Shown: in pieces, positions 25,450 through 36,500 of the stretch | Layout: each line of letters opens with the position of its first letter | Position numbering within the stretch: position 1 is the stretch's first letter | Sequence record: OZ195776.1 | Length of the DNA: 64,000 bases | Reading direction: 5' to 3' (one strand) | Program-made: the position numbers and the translations under genes | The notes under the pieces: model-generated | What the model was told of the DNA's origin: nothing | Databases searched by the model: none | Seen by the model: only the letters and a program-made list of their open reading frames with translations

Positions 25450-25974
25450 TTAATAACGAGTAAGTTTGTCTATAAAGACGCTTCGACCAACTTGATCAGT
25501 AAGAACTTTGACATTCTCTTTAATCGGAAATTGTTCTTCGATGTTAGTTACATCGATTGAAACATCGTATGGTAAATTATCTTCCACAATCGTGGTCTTA
25601 TAAACCACGTCCGCAAATTCAAGCCCTTCTTTTATCACACCAGGTCCACCAATAATGCTGTATTTCCAATTGAATCGCAGTGCATCTTCCAAACAATCCG
25701 CAAGCAAGTCGGGTAATTCGCCGTTCTTGGTTGTAGGAGATTGAAAGTGAGGATGATGAGCGTTTTCCGAAAGAACCATGTGCTTACGACCTGGTAGCTT
25801 AAACGGAAGACTTGCGAATGTATTGGCTCCCATTACGAGAACGGTGTGTTGTGTGATTTCCTTGAAGAATTCAAGGTCTTGTTTGCAATGACCCCAAGGA
25901 AGTGCTTGTTGGTGTCCGAAAGGAGCGTCTGATAGGTTTTCTGTATGACCGTGAGCGAATACGATTTGAATCAT
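25450..25974 (-). CDS. frd: Dihydrofolate reductase
   Basis: ALPWGHCKQDLEFFK, VMGANTFASL, LPGR, IIGGPGV. Confidence 0.9.
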   Translation of the reverse strand: MIQIVFAHGHTENLSDAPFGHQQALPWGHCKQDLEFFKEITQHTVLVMGANTFASLPFKLPGRKHMVLSENAHHPHFQSPTTKNGELPDLLADCLEDALRFNWKYSIIGGPGVIKEGLEFADVVYKTTIVEDNLPYDVSIDVTNIEEQFPIKENVKVLTDQVGRSVFIDKLTRY

Positions 25975-25989
25975 GTTTTACCTCATAAT

Positions 25990-26013
25990 AAAAAAGGGCC
26001 ATATTGGCCCTTT
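25990..26013 (-). terminator. Intrinsic terminator after gene 32
   Basis: AAAGGGCCA/TGGCCCTTT. Confidence 0.75.
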
Positions 26014-26018
26014 ATTTG

Positions 26019-26987
26019 TTAGTCGTCCAACTCAAGTTCTGCAAGCAGATCATCAAGTTCATCGTCTACTGAGTCTGACTTACCACCGCCAGTTGAAGCT
26101 GAAGTGTCGTCAAGATCAAGATCTTCGTCCTTTGAAGGAGTAGAAGATGCTGTAGTTGCTGGTTTGCTTGCTTGAGCAGCAAGGTCATCAGCAGCGCTAC
26201 GTTGAGTACCACCACCAGTGTTACCACCAGTTGAGCCAGCACCACCAGTTACTTGAAGGAATCGTTGCTGTAGAGCAGATTCTTCTTTGAAGTTGTCTGG
26301 GCTAACAATAGCATTTAGATCGTGCATTTCGTTCCACACACGCTCTAATTGGCCTTCGTCACCACCGAACAATTCAGCCGAGTTACCGAACTTAGAATCG
26401 TCGTAGTTAGGGAAGCCAGATACGCGCTTAACTTTCAGAGCGAAGTTCGCACCTTCAAATACACAAGTCACGTCAGTGCCTTCGATACCAAGGTCTTTGT
26501 CAGATTGTGCCGCAGCAGTAATCTTGTCAAGAATCTTTGAACCGAAACGGTATTTGAACACTTTGCCTTCGTTATCTGGGTTTGCTTCATCTTTGATAAC
26601 AACGATGTTTGCCCAGTAGCTTAGACCACGCTTACGCTTCTGAACCAATTTCTTGGTCGGATGCTGCGAGTTACGATCTTTTTGCTCTGCCTCTGGAATA
26701 GTATTCCAAAGCTCACCATTTGCCTTACAGCAAGGACAAGGCTGTTCGATAGTGCTTGGGCAGTTCTCGATGTACCATTGACCATTTTCTTTGAAACCGT
26801 GAGTGAAGATTTTTACGAATGGTAGATCGTCGTCACCTTTAGCAGGTAGGAAACGAATCACGGCGCCGCCGTTGCCCATTTTGTCTGTTGCCAGTTTCCA
26901 CTCAGTAGCGTCATCAAAAGATTTACGCTGGTTCATGTTCTCAAGTTTAGCTTGAAGTTGTGATGGTGATTTACGCTTAAATTTCAT
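26019..26987 (-). CDS. 32: Single-stranded DNA binding protein gp32
   Basis: AVIRFLPAK, HGFKENGQWYIENCPST, CPCC, YWANIVV, acidic tail. Confidence 0.96.
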   Translation of the reverse strand: MKFKRKSPSQLQAKLENMNQRKSFDDATEWKLATDKMGNGGAVIRFLPAKGDDDLPFVKIFTHGFKENGQWYIENCPSTIEQPCPCCKANGELWNTIPEAEQKDRNSQHPTKKLVQKRKRGLSYWANIVVIKDEANPDNEGKVFKYRFGSKILDKITAAAQSDKDLGIEGTDVTCVFEGANFALKVKRVSGFPNYDDSKFGNSAELFGGDEGQLERVWNEMHDLNAIVSPDNFKEESALQQRFLQVTGGAGSTGGNTGGGTQRSAADDLAAQASKPATTASSTPSKDEDLDLDDTSASTGGGKSDSVDDELDDLLAELELDD

Positions 26988-26997
26988 ATTAATTACC

Positions 26998-27648
26998 TTA
27001 ATTTACTGTATTGTAATGTTGTTTTTTAACTAACTTAAAGAGTTGTAATGATAAGTCATCATCTATCGATAATAAACTTTCATACTGTGAGGCACGTGTT
27101 TTAAAATCGTGCCAAATGATATCGTCACCGTACGTCTTATCGACATTTGGAACGAATTTAAGAATCCGGTTAAGAACAATAAATGTCTCAATCGAAATGG
27201 TGTTTCGTAATGCCAGTTGAAGTATAACTGGATGACCTTCACCCTTAAACAAATCCTTAAATTTTTTATCTGAGCTACTTATAAGCTCAAAAACTGTGCG
27301 CAATTCGTTCTTGAATTGCTGACTGAACGTTTCAAGATAACCTGTGTGTTTGAGATAAAACTCGTAGGCATCCGCTCCCGCAATTTCGTACGAGAGAGCA
27401 TTTGAGTTGGCAGCAAAGTTGCTAACCATTAACTGGTAACACTCGTTCAGGGTCAGTTTGCTTGCAAGACGCTCGAAGAAAACTCTATCAGAACGCTTAT
27501 TATAAGCGTCTGAGGTGACTTTTAAACCTAAACGGTATTTTTTAAAGTCATATTTTCCCAACATGTGGTTTTTCACAGCACAATACACCTTGAAGATGGA
27601 TTGGCCAGTCACCCACGATTTGGGAAAATCGTATTCCAGTTTTATCAC
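26998..27648 (-). CDS. 59: Helicase loader gp59
   Basis: GKYDFKKY, KRSDRVFFERL, ISIETF; synteny. Confidence 0.9.
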   Translation of the reverse strand: MIKLEYDFPKSWVTGQSIFKVYCAVKNHMLGKYDFKKYRLGLKVTSDAYNKRSDRVFFERLASKLTLNECYQLMVSNFAANSNALSYEIAGADAYEFYLKHTGYLETFSQQFKNELRTVFELISSSDKKFKDLFKGEGHPVILQLALRNTISIETFIVLNRILKFVPNVDKTYGDDIIWHDFKTRASQYESLLSIDDDLSLQLFKLVKKQHYNTVN

Positions 27649-27932
27649 ACGAACAGGTCGAGACTTGAACCAGAGTTACGCGCCGTCTTGATGGTTTTAT
27701 CGCGTACTGCTTCAGTTTCGATTTTGTCTTTTAACGTTTCGTTGATAAGGTTAGGAAAGCGAGCATATTCATAATCGTATTCTTCTACAAAGAAGAGACA
27801 CGCTTCCAGATAAGTCATTTCTGGACAACTATTGTATATGTCTTCGATTTCCAACGAGATTGCTTGACGTTGGCTCCCCTTTATCGGAGGAGTCAAGCCA
27901 GTTAGTTCGGTTTTAACTGTGTAATCACTCAT
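27645..27932 (-). CDS. 33: Late transcription co-activator gp33
   Basis: MTYLEACLFFVEE, LKDKIETEA; between dsbA and 59. Confidence 0.85.
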   Translation of the reverse strand: MSDYTVKTELTGLTPPIKGSQRQAISLEIEDIYNSCPEMTYLEACLFFVEEYDYEYARFPNLINETLKDKIETEAVRDKTIKTARNSGSSLDLFV

Positions 27933-28206
27933 CAGCATCTTCATCGAACAGTTTGTCGTAAAGATTGTGTACCTTTTCGTTCTTCGCCGCTTCTTCTTGG
28001 CGATTTTGCTTGTGGTACCACTTAACAACTTTGTTAAAATCTGCCGGTTTGATTTCAAACTCTTCTTTCATTCGATCAGCGATGTCTTTGCGAAGATCTT
28101 TTTCGCTGTCAGCACGTAGAAGCGACGCAGCAGCTTCTTTTACCGCATTGATAACTTCTTTTTTGTCGTTAGGAGTTGAAATTGTTTCGTATTCAAGAAT
28201 GTCCAT
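27925..28206 (-). CDS. dsbA: Double-stranded DNA binding protein DsbA
   Basis: AVKEAA, KDIADRMKEEF, FNKVVKWYHKQ; synteny. Confidence 0.85.
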   Translation of the reverse strand: MDILEYETISTPNDKKEVINAVKEAAASLLRADSEKDLRKDIADRMKEEFEIKPADFNKVVKWYHKQNRQEEAAKNEKVHNLYDKLFDEDADE

Positions 28207-28261
28207 TAGTTACCTTCACATTTGAGTTCATATATTGACGGTGCTGTAACACCGTCTTCAC

Positions 28262-29209
28262 TTAAAATTCGCTTAAATTACCGATGAGTTTTTCCAGCTT
28301 ACGTGAGGCAAAATAGTTAAACATTTTGCTCTTCGGTGCAGGCTTGTACTCTTTGTATTGAGCCAATATCATACTGCGAATATCTTCTGGGATAAAGTTG
28401 AAGTCTAATAAAAAACGATTCGTTTTGTATCGCTTCAAATGGTCCTCAGACAACATTTGCTCGATTTCTTCATCGGTTGCAGAAAGAAACGCTTCCAATT
28501 CCGGTTTACGGATAGCTGGAGATTTCTTACGCTCTTCGGATGTCAACGTCCAATGGTCTTCTGGAGACTTCATTGCAGCGATGCCATCTTTCTTATCGCC
28601 TTTGATACACTTGTAAAGCATATCGCGACGAGGAGAACCATGTTTTGGTTTCACCCATTCTTTACGAATCGGGCTCCACTGGATCACAGCTTTTGGATCA
28701 TCCGTATGACATTGAGTAAAGTCACCATCAGATGATGTAATCATCACCGGAACATTCAGAGAAACAAAGTAATCTGTTAGAATACCGATATGATCATCCG
28801 CTTCGATGCCCGGACTATCCATAACAACGTATGGCATAAACTCAGCAAGTTCTTCACGGATAACCGCAATTGCTTCAAAGATTGTTTCAAAATCCCAACC
28901 GGACTTTTCACGACCTTCTTTACGCTTAAACTTGTAGTACCAAGCATGCTTTTTACGCCAGTAACCACCCTGACTGTTATCCAAGCAAAGGATAACGTGC
29001 GGGTACTTAATGCGGTTTTTAAGCACATTTGAACGAATTGTGTTTAACGTGATATGACGAATCATATCCAAATCTAAACGATCTTCGGGTTTATATGCGC
29101 CCATAATGGAACTAAGGATGATTTGACTGAAATCAACTAGGTTCACACCAACAGGCAGCGAAGAATCGTTAGATGCGTTCTTACGTTTAAAGAACCCTTC
29201 TAAACTCAT
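28262..29209 (-). CDS. rnh: RNase H (5'-3' exonuclease)
   Basis: LVDFSQI, YWRKK..YYK, IEADDHIG, SSDGDF, KGDKKDGI. Confidence 0.95.
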   Translation of the reverse strand: MSLEGFFKRKNASNDSSLPVGVNLVDFSQIILSSIMGAYKPEDRLDLDMIRHITLNTIRSNVLKNRIKYPHVILCLDNSQGGYWRKKHAWYYKFKRKEGREKSGWDFETIFEAIAVIREELAEFMPYVVMDSPGIEADDHIGILTDYFVSLNVPVMITSSDGDFTQCHTDDPKAVIQWSPIRKEWVKPKHGSPRRDMLYKCIKGDKKDGIAAMKSPEDHWTLTSEERKKSPAIRKPELEAFLSATDEEIEQMLSEDHLKRYKTNRFLLDFNFIPEDIRSMILAQYKEYKPAPKSKMFNYFASRKLEKLIGNLSEF

Positions 29210-29712
29210 TGCTGTTCCTCATATTGTTTAATGGTCAACCAACGAGGTTTTCCATCACCATGTTTATCGAACAACTTGTCAAACAGACCTTCGGTAAGCT
29301 CAAAGATTGGAGTCTCACCGTCGTGTGTTTTAAGAGCATCGATAAACGCATTCATGTATGTTTTGCGAGCTTCACTATTGTCAGCCCACTCATCGTCACG
29401 GGCTTGATCAATGGCATTTTCCATGATTTCTCGTGGAACTGGAACGCCAATTGCCATGTAAACCGACGCGACAATAGGATACATGATCTCACCATCAATT
29501 TCAACGTACGATTTAAGTTTCTTCGTAATGTCTTCACAAGGGCGATGAATAAGTAGCTGACGCAAGTTTTCGTAATCATCTTGATGACGAATAGCATGCG
29601 TAGGATACAATTCAATTTCAATACCGAAATGTTGGCTGAGTACTTCCTGGAGACAATCAATTACGTCCAGAGCAGGATCTCCACCCAAAACAGTATGTGA
29701 CCACCATCCCAT
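29206..29712 (-). CDS. Hypothetical protein
   Basis: GAGGAAAACATTATG start. Confidence 0.6.
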   Translation of the reverse strand: MGWWSHTVLGGDPALDVIDCLQEVLSQHFGIEIELYPTHAIRHQDDYENLRQLLIHRPCEDITKKLKSYVEIDGEIMYPIVASVYMAIGVPVPREIMENAIDQARDDEWADNSEARKTYMNAFIDALKTHDGETPIFELTEGLFDKLFDKHGDGKPRWLTIKQYEEQQ

Positions 29713-29741
29713 AATGTTTTCCTCTTAATTTAGGTTGATGT

Positions 29742-29770
29742 ATTATCAACAATGTTTTCTGTAAGTCAAC
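29742..29770 (-). promoter_or_regulatory. Sigma70-like promoter for the rnh-dsbA-33-59-32 operon
   Basis: TTGACT-N16-GATAAT. Confidence 0.55.
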
Positions 29771-29823
29771 CACTATTTTATGTGAGGTTACCACTATTTT
29801 ATGTAGTAGGTTACTACTATTTC
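29769..29823. repeat. Three tandem AC(C/T)ACTATTT repeats
   Basis: accactattttatgtgaggtt, accactattttatgtagtaggtt, actactatttc. Confidence 0.8.
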
Positions 29824-29832
29824 AACAATCAT

Positions 29833-29840
29833 CATAAGTA
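29833..29840 (+). promoter_or_regulatory. Late-promoter-like CATAAGTA before gene 34
   Basis: Two mismatches to TATAAATA at the expected position. Confidence 0.4.
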
Positions 29841-29879
29841 AATGAAGACAGCTTCAATCTTACGTACAAGGAGCATTAA

Positions 29880-32800
29880 ATGGCTGGATACAAAAAGGCT
29901 TTCCGCGCAACCGCTGGTTTAGATTCGGCAGGCCAGCCTACGATTAACGTAGCTGATCCTCGACTAAACGAAGGGTTGGATGCGATTAACCAACAATTTT
30001 TCATTCGCGAGAACACCGTACAGGAGTATGATGCAACTCGTGAAAATTATCAACAAGATTTTATTGTTGAATTTAACAACCGTCTATACAAAAACATCAC
30101 CCCGATTACGACAGCAGAACCATTTAATACCAATAAATGGCGTTTGATTCGTACCGATCCATCGTGGCTAACAACGTCTACATCGACGTCTGCCACATCT
30201 GGTGATTATCTGTATGTAACGAACAGTAGCGCAGTAACGATTACGTTACCATCAACACCAACGCGTGGTGACTTGGTAGCGGTACAAGATGGCCTAGGCC
30301 AAGTGTCTCGCTACCCTATCACAATAACATCTCCTGGTGGCAACCAGATTCGTTATTTTGACACTCAAGGTGTTTCTGCTACCACAACAGATTACCAGCT
30401 AAACCGTAAACGTGCAACAATTTATTTCATCTTCAACGGTGTCGATTGGACTTTCCAAATTGAAGCTGAACACCATACGATTGTATTGGATGAAAACCAT
30501 CCATCGCAAGTTCCGTCAGATTATATCACTGCTGGTGGTTATCATGCGAATATCGGTGAAACGTTGTACCTATTCGGTGGAGCTAAAATGCTTTGCTTTA
30601 CACTACCTCCGTTTCCCAACGAAGGTGATGTAGTAGTTGCACTTGATGCAAACTTACGCAACAAGGAAACTCACGCTCTTGGTAAAGTCAGCACATTGGC
30701 ACCAAATGATTACCTAGTTGATCCGTTTACCGGAACTAAGGTAAAAGAGTTCCAATCAAATGCAAGTGGTTTCGTACAAGCGATTTATAGCAAAGATAGC
30801 TCCGGTGACGGTGTGTGGTCACCTATGTTCACAGATACGGCACCAAGATGGCGTCACGTTGGACATACAAACACTGAACAGCTAGTTTCACGATCACAGC
30901 ACTCTGTTCACGCTACACCAGGTGTATCGGCGATTACATTAACTCTACCAGAAAAGCCAGAAGAAGGCGACTGGTTGAAAGTTAGCAATATCTACGATCC
31001 AGAAATTCCAGTTACTATTAAAGTTCACCCAAACTTTGGTCAAGGTGATCCGGATTTTGGTAACCCTAATTTATTCAAAATCGTAAACGATGTCAACGAT
31101 TTCTTGAATAAAAAACGTTCGCACTACATATCTCTAGGTGAAACATACGTCGATTCGACTATTGTTCCTGGCGATTATCAAGGTTGGGAAATTGAGCTTG
31201 TATACTACGAAAAGAACTGGGAATGGGCAACGGTTGATGTTCGTGTTGATGTAGTTGACGAAAACTACCGCAGTTATCCTGGTATCGCACCCCTTGCAAC
31301 GCAAGCTGATACAAACAAACAAGATTACGCACCTGATAGTAAGAATGAAAGTCCGGACAAAGACAAGATTGTTACACCTGAATTGCTAGATGGACGTCGT
31401 TCAACTGAAACCTTAGCTGGTTTGGCTCGTTTTGCAACAACCGGTGAAGTAAACATCAACACATCTGCGACGCATCGTGATGATTTGATTGTTACCCCGT
31501 TGAAACTAAACGCTCGTACAGCGACTGAAACGCGTCGTGGTTTGGCTGAAATTGCAACAGCTAGCGAAATGCGTAGTACTACACTAGGTACTCATATCGT
31601 TACTCCTCAACGCTTCCACGCGATGCAAGCGGAAGAAGGATTGACTGGTGTTGGTCGTTTGGTGATTCGTTCGAATAATATCAGCTCATCAACTGAGCAG
31701 GTTTCAAGTACAGCTAATATGCGTACTTCGCGTCCAACGAATGGTGCGAACAATACAGTATTTGATCATGATGATCATCTACGCTTCGTAACACCGAAGA
31801 TGTTGAATGAATATCGTGCAACGCAAATGCAACCAGGTACGCTGTGGGTAGCGAACAACCTTGAATTACGCGTAAACGATTCAACAGTCGATGACGCAAT
31901 CATCACACCACGTTCATTGGCATATTGGAAAGCATCAGACACGATTCGTGGTATTGCTCGTTCAGCAACTCAAGCTGAAACAAACGCGACATCAGGCTCT
32001 GGCGAATCTTGGACAACAGTTTTTGTTACTCCAGAAACGTTGAATAATCGTACGGCAGCAGAAGCTCGTCGTGGTGTTGCTGAGATTGCGAATCAAAACG
32101 AAGTTGATGCTGGGGTAGACAACAGCCGCATCGTTGCTCCGCTTAAACTGAAAACTTGGTTGGATCGCGATCACTTTAGTACACCAGATTCAGATGGTCT
32201 GTCACACACCGGAACGCTTTGGGATGACGTTGCATTTACGATTGCAGTATCAACAGAAACTCAACGTGGTACGTTGGAAGTTGCAACTCAATCTGAAGCG
32301 AATGCAAACAGTGGCGGTAGTGATATTCACATCATCACACCTAAGAAGCTAAACGCTCGCCGTGCTACTGAAACGCTAGCTGGGATTGCGGAAATCGCAT
32401 CAACTGGCGAGACTGATAGTGGTACAAGTGATACACGTATCATTACTCCAGCTAAATTGCTGCGTTGGACTCGTACATCGGCAAATGCTGAGATGACAGC
32501 AACTCGTAAGGGTGTTGGTGAATCAGCGACGTACGATACTTCAGCAGATTCTGTTTGGGTAGAAGCGTCAGTTGATGGTGGTACTAACTGGTTTGATTCT
32601 TCAACAGATATTACAGTTTATGGTGCTCGTAAGCACAACCCACAAGTGGTAACTCCACGTGGTTTGAACTTTGCATTGCGCAACTACGTACCAATCGGTG
32701 CTCGTGTTAAAGATACGTACCAAATGAATGGCTTAAACCATACAGAATGGGCACGTCGTACTGCTGATCAAACGATTACTGGTACATACACGTTCATAGA

Positions 32801-33548
32801 TAACGCTGTAAACATCCATGGTGCAAACCCAGCATTAACGTTCAGAGACACTACAGACTCAGATAGCGAAATGCAGGTTTACTACCAAACTGGTAGAATT
32901 GGTTTCACAACTTCTGCAGACCAATGGAGATTCTCAGTAACAGATGCTGGCGTTGCGGCAATTTCAAATACATTGACAGTTAACACTGCTGCATCAAACT
33001 CAACTCGTTTGACTGTAAACGGTGCTATCGTTGAGAACGAATCATCTGCAAATGGAGCTTCTCCGGCAGCCGGTACGTTAAGAACCAAGTACTTGGGTAT
33101 TAGCAATAACGCGGTTTCAGCAAGCAAATGGGCAACGGCTCGTACATTGACGTTGACAGGCGATGTAAGTGGTTCTGTTTCATTTGACGGTACATCGAAT
33201 GTTTCAATTACTGCGGTAGTTGCTAACAACAGCCATACTCACACAGCAGCGAATATTACATCAGGCACTCTGAGTAGAGATCGTTTGTACAAAGCGAACC
33301 GTTCAACTGCTGGTATCGTTCAAGTTACTAACGATGCACGTACAGCAGATCCGTCTAGCGCATCTGCGGTTCACTTGGCACTATCGGCTGGTGTTGGTAA
33401 AGAGTTATCTGAGCGTATTGATATGTTCACTCCAGATGGCGGTACTGGTGACAGTGTTAAATACCGTGACTATGTCCAAGTGGGCTCGGTTCGCATTGGA
33501 ACAAACAGCGCAGGTGTGATGGAATTCACGTTCGGTCACCCAATCTAA
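29880..33548 (+). CDS. 34: Long tail fibre proximal subunit gp34
   Basis: FRATAGLDS, repeated TETRRGLAEIAT and IVTP motifs; divergent from rnh as in T4. Confidence 0.93.
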   Translation: MAGYKKAFRATAGLDSAGQPTINVADPRLNEGLDAINQQFFIRENTVQEYDATRENYQQDFIVEFNNRLYKNITPITTAEPFNTNKWRLIRTDPSWLTTSTSTSATSGDYLYVTNSSAVTITLPSTPTRGDLVAVQDGLGQVSRYPITITSPGGNQIRYFDTQGVSATTTDYQLNRKRATIYFIFNGVDWTFQIEAEHHTIVLDENHPSQVPSDYITAGGYHANIGETLYLFGGAKMLCFTLPPFPNEGDVVVALDANLRNKETHALGKVSTLAPNDYLVDPFTGTKVKEFQSNASGFVQAIYSKDSSGDGVWSPMFTDTAPRWRHVGHTNTEQLVSRSQHSVHATPGVSAITLTLPEKPEEGDWLKVSNIYDPEIPVTIKVHPNFGQGDPDFGNPNLFKIVNDVNDFLNKKRSHYISLGETYVDSTIVPGDYQGWEIELVYYEKNWEWATVDVRVDVVDENYRSYPGIAPLATQADTNKQDYAPDSKNESPDKDKIVTPELLDGRRSTETLAGLARFATTGEVNINTSATHRDDLIVTPLKLNARTATETRRGLAEIATASEMRSTTLGTHIVTPQRFHAMQAEEGLTGVGRLVIRSNNISSSTEQVSSTANMRTSRPTNGANNTVFDHDDHLRFVTPKMLNEYRATQMQPGTLWVANNLELRVNDSTVDDAIITPRSLAYWKASDTIRGIARSATQAETNATSGSGESWTTVFVTPETLNNRTAAEARRGVAEIANQNEVDAGVDNSRIVAPLKLKTWLDRDHFSTPDSDGLSHTGTLWDDVAFTIAVSTETQRGTLEVATQSEANANSGGSDIHIITPKKLNARRATETLAGIAEIASTGETDSGTSDTRIITPAKLLRWTRTSANAEMTATRKGVGESATYDTSADSVWVEASVDGGTNWFDSSTDITVYGARKHNPQVVTPRGLNFALRNYVPIGARVKDTYQMNGLNHTEWARRTADQTITGTYTFIDNAVNIHGANPALTFRDTTDSDSEMQVYYQTGRIGFTTSADQWRFSVTDAGVAAISNTLTVNTAASNSTRLTVNGAIVENESSANGASPAAGTLRTKYLGISNNAVSASKWATARTLTLTGDVSGSVSFDGTSNVSITAVVANNSHTHTAANITSGTLSRDRLYKANRSTAGIVQVTNDARTADPSSASAVHLALSAGVGKELSERIDMFTPDGGTGDSVKYRDYVQVGSVRIGTNSAGVMEFTFGHPI

Positions 33549-33557
33549 GAGGTAAAC

Positions 33558-36500
33558 ATGCCAAATCGATTAAAACGAGAAGGCGACTATCTACTAATCT
33601 TCCGCCACGATTCAAGTGGCGGAGCTGTATTTGGTAGTGACGCCGAAGCAAGAAGTACAGGTACGCCAGATTCTGATAAGTTCAGCGCATTAAATGCGCT
33701 TGAACATTTTCGTAGACCAGATGGCAACTTTCAATTCAAGTTAATATATCCAGAACATACGGACTTGTTCAATATATGGAAGCAGCAAAATAACTTTGCT
33801 GCATTCGATGTTGGCAATTATATTCGAAACGGCACGTTCGCGGGTGGACTTGGTGTGGTTGAGCACAACTACACCACAGGTTCGTGGAGTACTATCGAGA
33901 AGGAAAATCCAGGATCTTCGACGTACGTATTAGAACACCAACCAGGTGCGGCTCAGCAATATCGAATGGATATTCCTCAGAGTCGTTTAAAGCCAAATAC
34001 AACCTACACACTAACAGCATGGGTTGGTTTTGAAGATACTGCAGACCGCAACAAGGGCATTTTCCATGCTCGTTGGTATGATGGCAGTAGTAATCCGATT
34101 GCTAGTAGCTCACTTGAAAGTGGTGATGTTTATTTGGCAAACGGAAACTCGTATGTAATGGACGGAATTACTTGGGAACGTAGATATTACCGATTTACAA
34201 CACCAAGTTCGTTGGCTGATACAACCATGTTCTGGTATCTGGGTTATTCATCAGCATCTGGTGGCAGTCTAGCAGGTAAACGATATTTCACCAACATTCA
34301 GGTGTTGGACAAACCGTTGATCTACAATTACATGGGCGATTACACCGCAACTGCTGGTGGGGTTGTTGGATATGAAGCAATCGATATAAATGCAACAGGC
34401 AATAACTGGGGCGGATTGGAATATGCAACTAGATCGGAGACATTGGCGGATGGTTCGGTTGGAGTTAGCGATTGGTGGTTTTCGATCGGCTGTCAATCTC
34501 TATATGCCACTGACGATTATCCAGGTCCAAACTCGAATAAAGTCCAAGTTGTAGAGCTTTGGGTTTACGCACCATTAGGTGCTGCCGTAAAGCAAGGTGA
34601 ATTGTACGCATCTCACTTTTCTGAATCCAGTAGTAACCAGAATGTCATTTACGTGAATGGCGTTGCGACTGATCATATTGGTGGAAACCAACAACGACGT
34701 GGTCTTCCAATATGTTATCTAAACGACAACAGCATGATTACAGGATCTGCGACCACTCGTAGTGATGGTAAAATGTTCATCATTCGTTGGGATAGCAATT
34801 TAACGCACTTGACTACTCACGATTTCGATATGACCACTTCAACCGGACGAACCAATTTCGCTCAGGAATTGACAAACATCGCCGGTAACCAAGAGCTAGT
34901 CGCTATTGTATCTGCTGGTAATGTAATCTCGGATGCAAACGTCGATTCGACCATGGTTGGTTTTGGTGCAATTGAGTGGAAAGGTACGGACTTTTATTCA
35001 AAATACGATTATGGATATGCAGCAATCGTACGAGCGGATATGGGATTCGTTTCAGAACGTAGTCAATTTAACCATCCACTAGAAGAAGAAAGTCATACAA
35101 ATTGCGTATTCAATACGATTGACGATCTAGGTGATGTTGGTTTCGGTCTTCCGTTGCTTGAGGACATTAACACAGACGGAACTTCCGCGGATATCGATAT
35201 TACAGATGTTATGGAAGATCAGTATGTGCTGCTAACGTGTTTGGGTAAACGTTCGTACGCAGATGCGGCGGCTGGTACAAGTCGTTGGTGTACGATTTAT
35301 TGGAAAAACGGATCAACTGTAATTTCACAGAACGCGATTCGTATAGAATCGACAACGTTAACCAAATACCAATTGTACGCAAAGCGACCTGCTGGCGTCG
35401 ATGGCATGCACATTTGGTCTAGTGGATGTTCAGAAGGATTCAGATCAATTTACGAAGCTACGTACGAAATTCCAGCAACTGACAGAATAGCAACATCTCG
35501 AAATGGCATTTCTTGTAACCATATTTCGATTACTCCATTATCTGGAACTCCTTGGGAACCGGATTCGTGGTACCGAATGACTACAAGCAATAGTAATTTA
35601 CTAGCCGGTTTGCCAATATCGCAAGATGAACCAACGTCTGTTTATTGGGGTGATAAAACTCTAACAAGCAACAACGAAAAGTGCTACGTTGATAAAACAA
35701 ACGATGCTGGATCAACAACAGCAATTATTCCGTTTCCGGGTAAGGGAGTTCCTTATCATGTGAGTTGGTGGGTGAACTATAAACAAACTCCAACCGCAAA
35801 GAATTTATTCTTCCAATTGCGTGGACGGGATAGTGGTGGTAGCTACGTTAATACGATCGTAGATGCAGTTAATGGAGCGACTGGTTCAACGTACCCAAGA
35901 TTGCAATACGTCGACGGTACACAGTTGTCAGAAAATCTGGACAAGTGGATTTTGCTGTCTGGTTGGATTTTGCCTAATACTTGGTCACAAACCCAATGTA
36001 GATCGTTTGCCGCTCAACGAAGTTATTTCTTCGGAACAGTGGACAACATTGGTGATTTTGATGGTTTTTCCAATGGTATTGGTATCCACAACTCTACGTC
36101 TGAAACGACGTATTCTGGATTCTTCCAAGTACCAGATGACGTCACCGAAATTCAATTACGATTGGATGACCGTGATAATGCTGGTGGAACTACTGAATAT
36201 TGCACGGCGCTACCTTGTATTTCACAAGTTAAAGTAGCTGCGGCGGACATTGACAGAGCTTACGTTGAAGAAATGCAGGAATTCTGGGAATGGCGCTACA
36301 GAAATCACGACAACGAAGATACCGGTACGTACGGAACATTGGGGTTAACAATGAAGCCTAATGACGAAATCGAGTTTTATATACGTGGCGACGGAAATCC
36401 AGACGCAAGTCGTTGGCAGTATCTAATTGATGGCAATTCACCTAGATGTCATGTAGCATTAACAACTACCGATTCTTGGTCATTGTCAAGTCAATGGGAC

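Noticed and set aside
26988-26997. T4-type gene 32 autoregulatory pseudoknot leader
   Set aside because: Intergenic gap is only 10 nt and I found no pseudoknot in the end of gene 59
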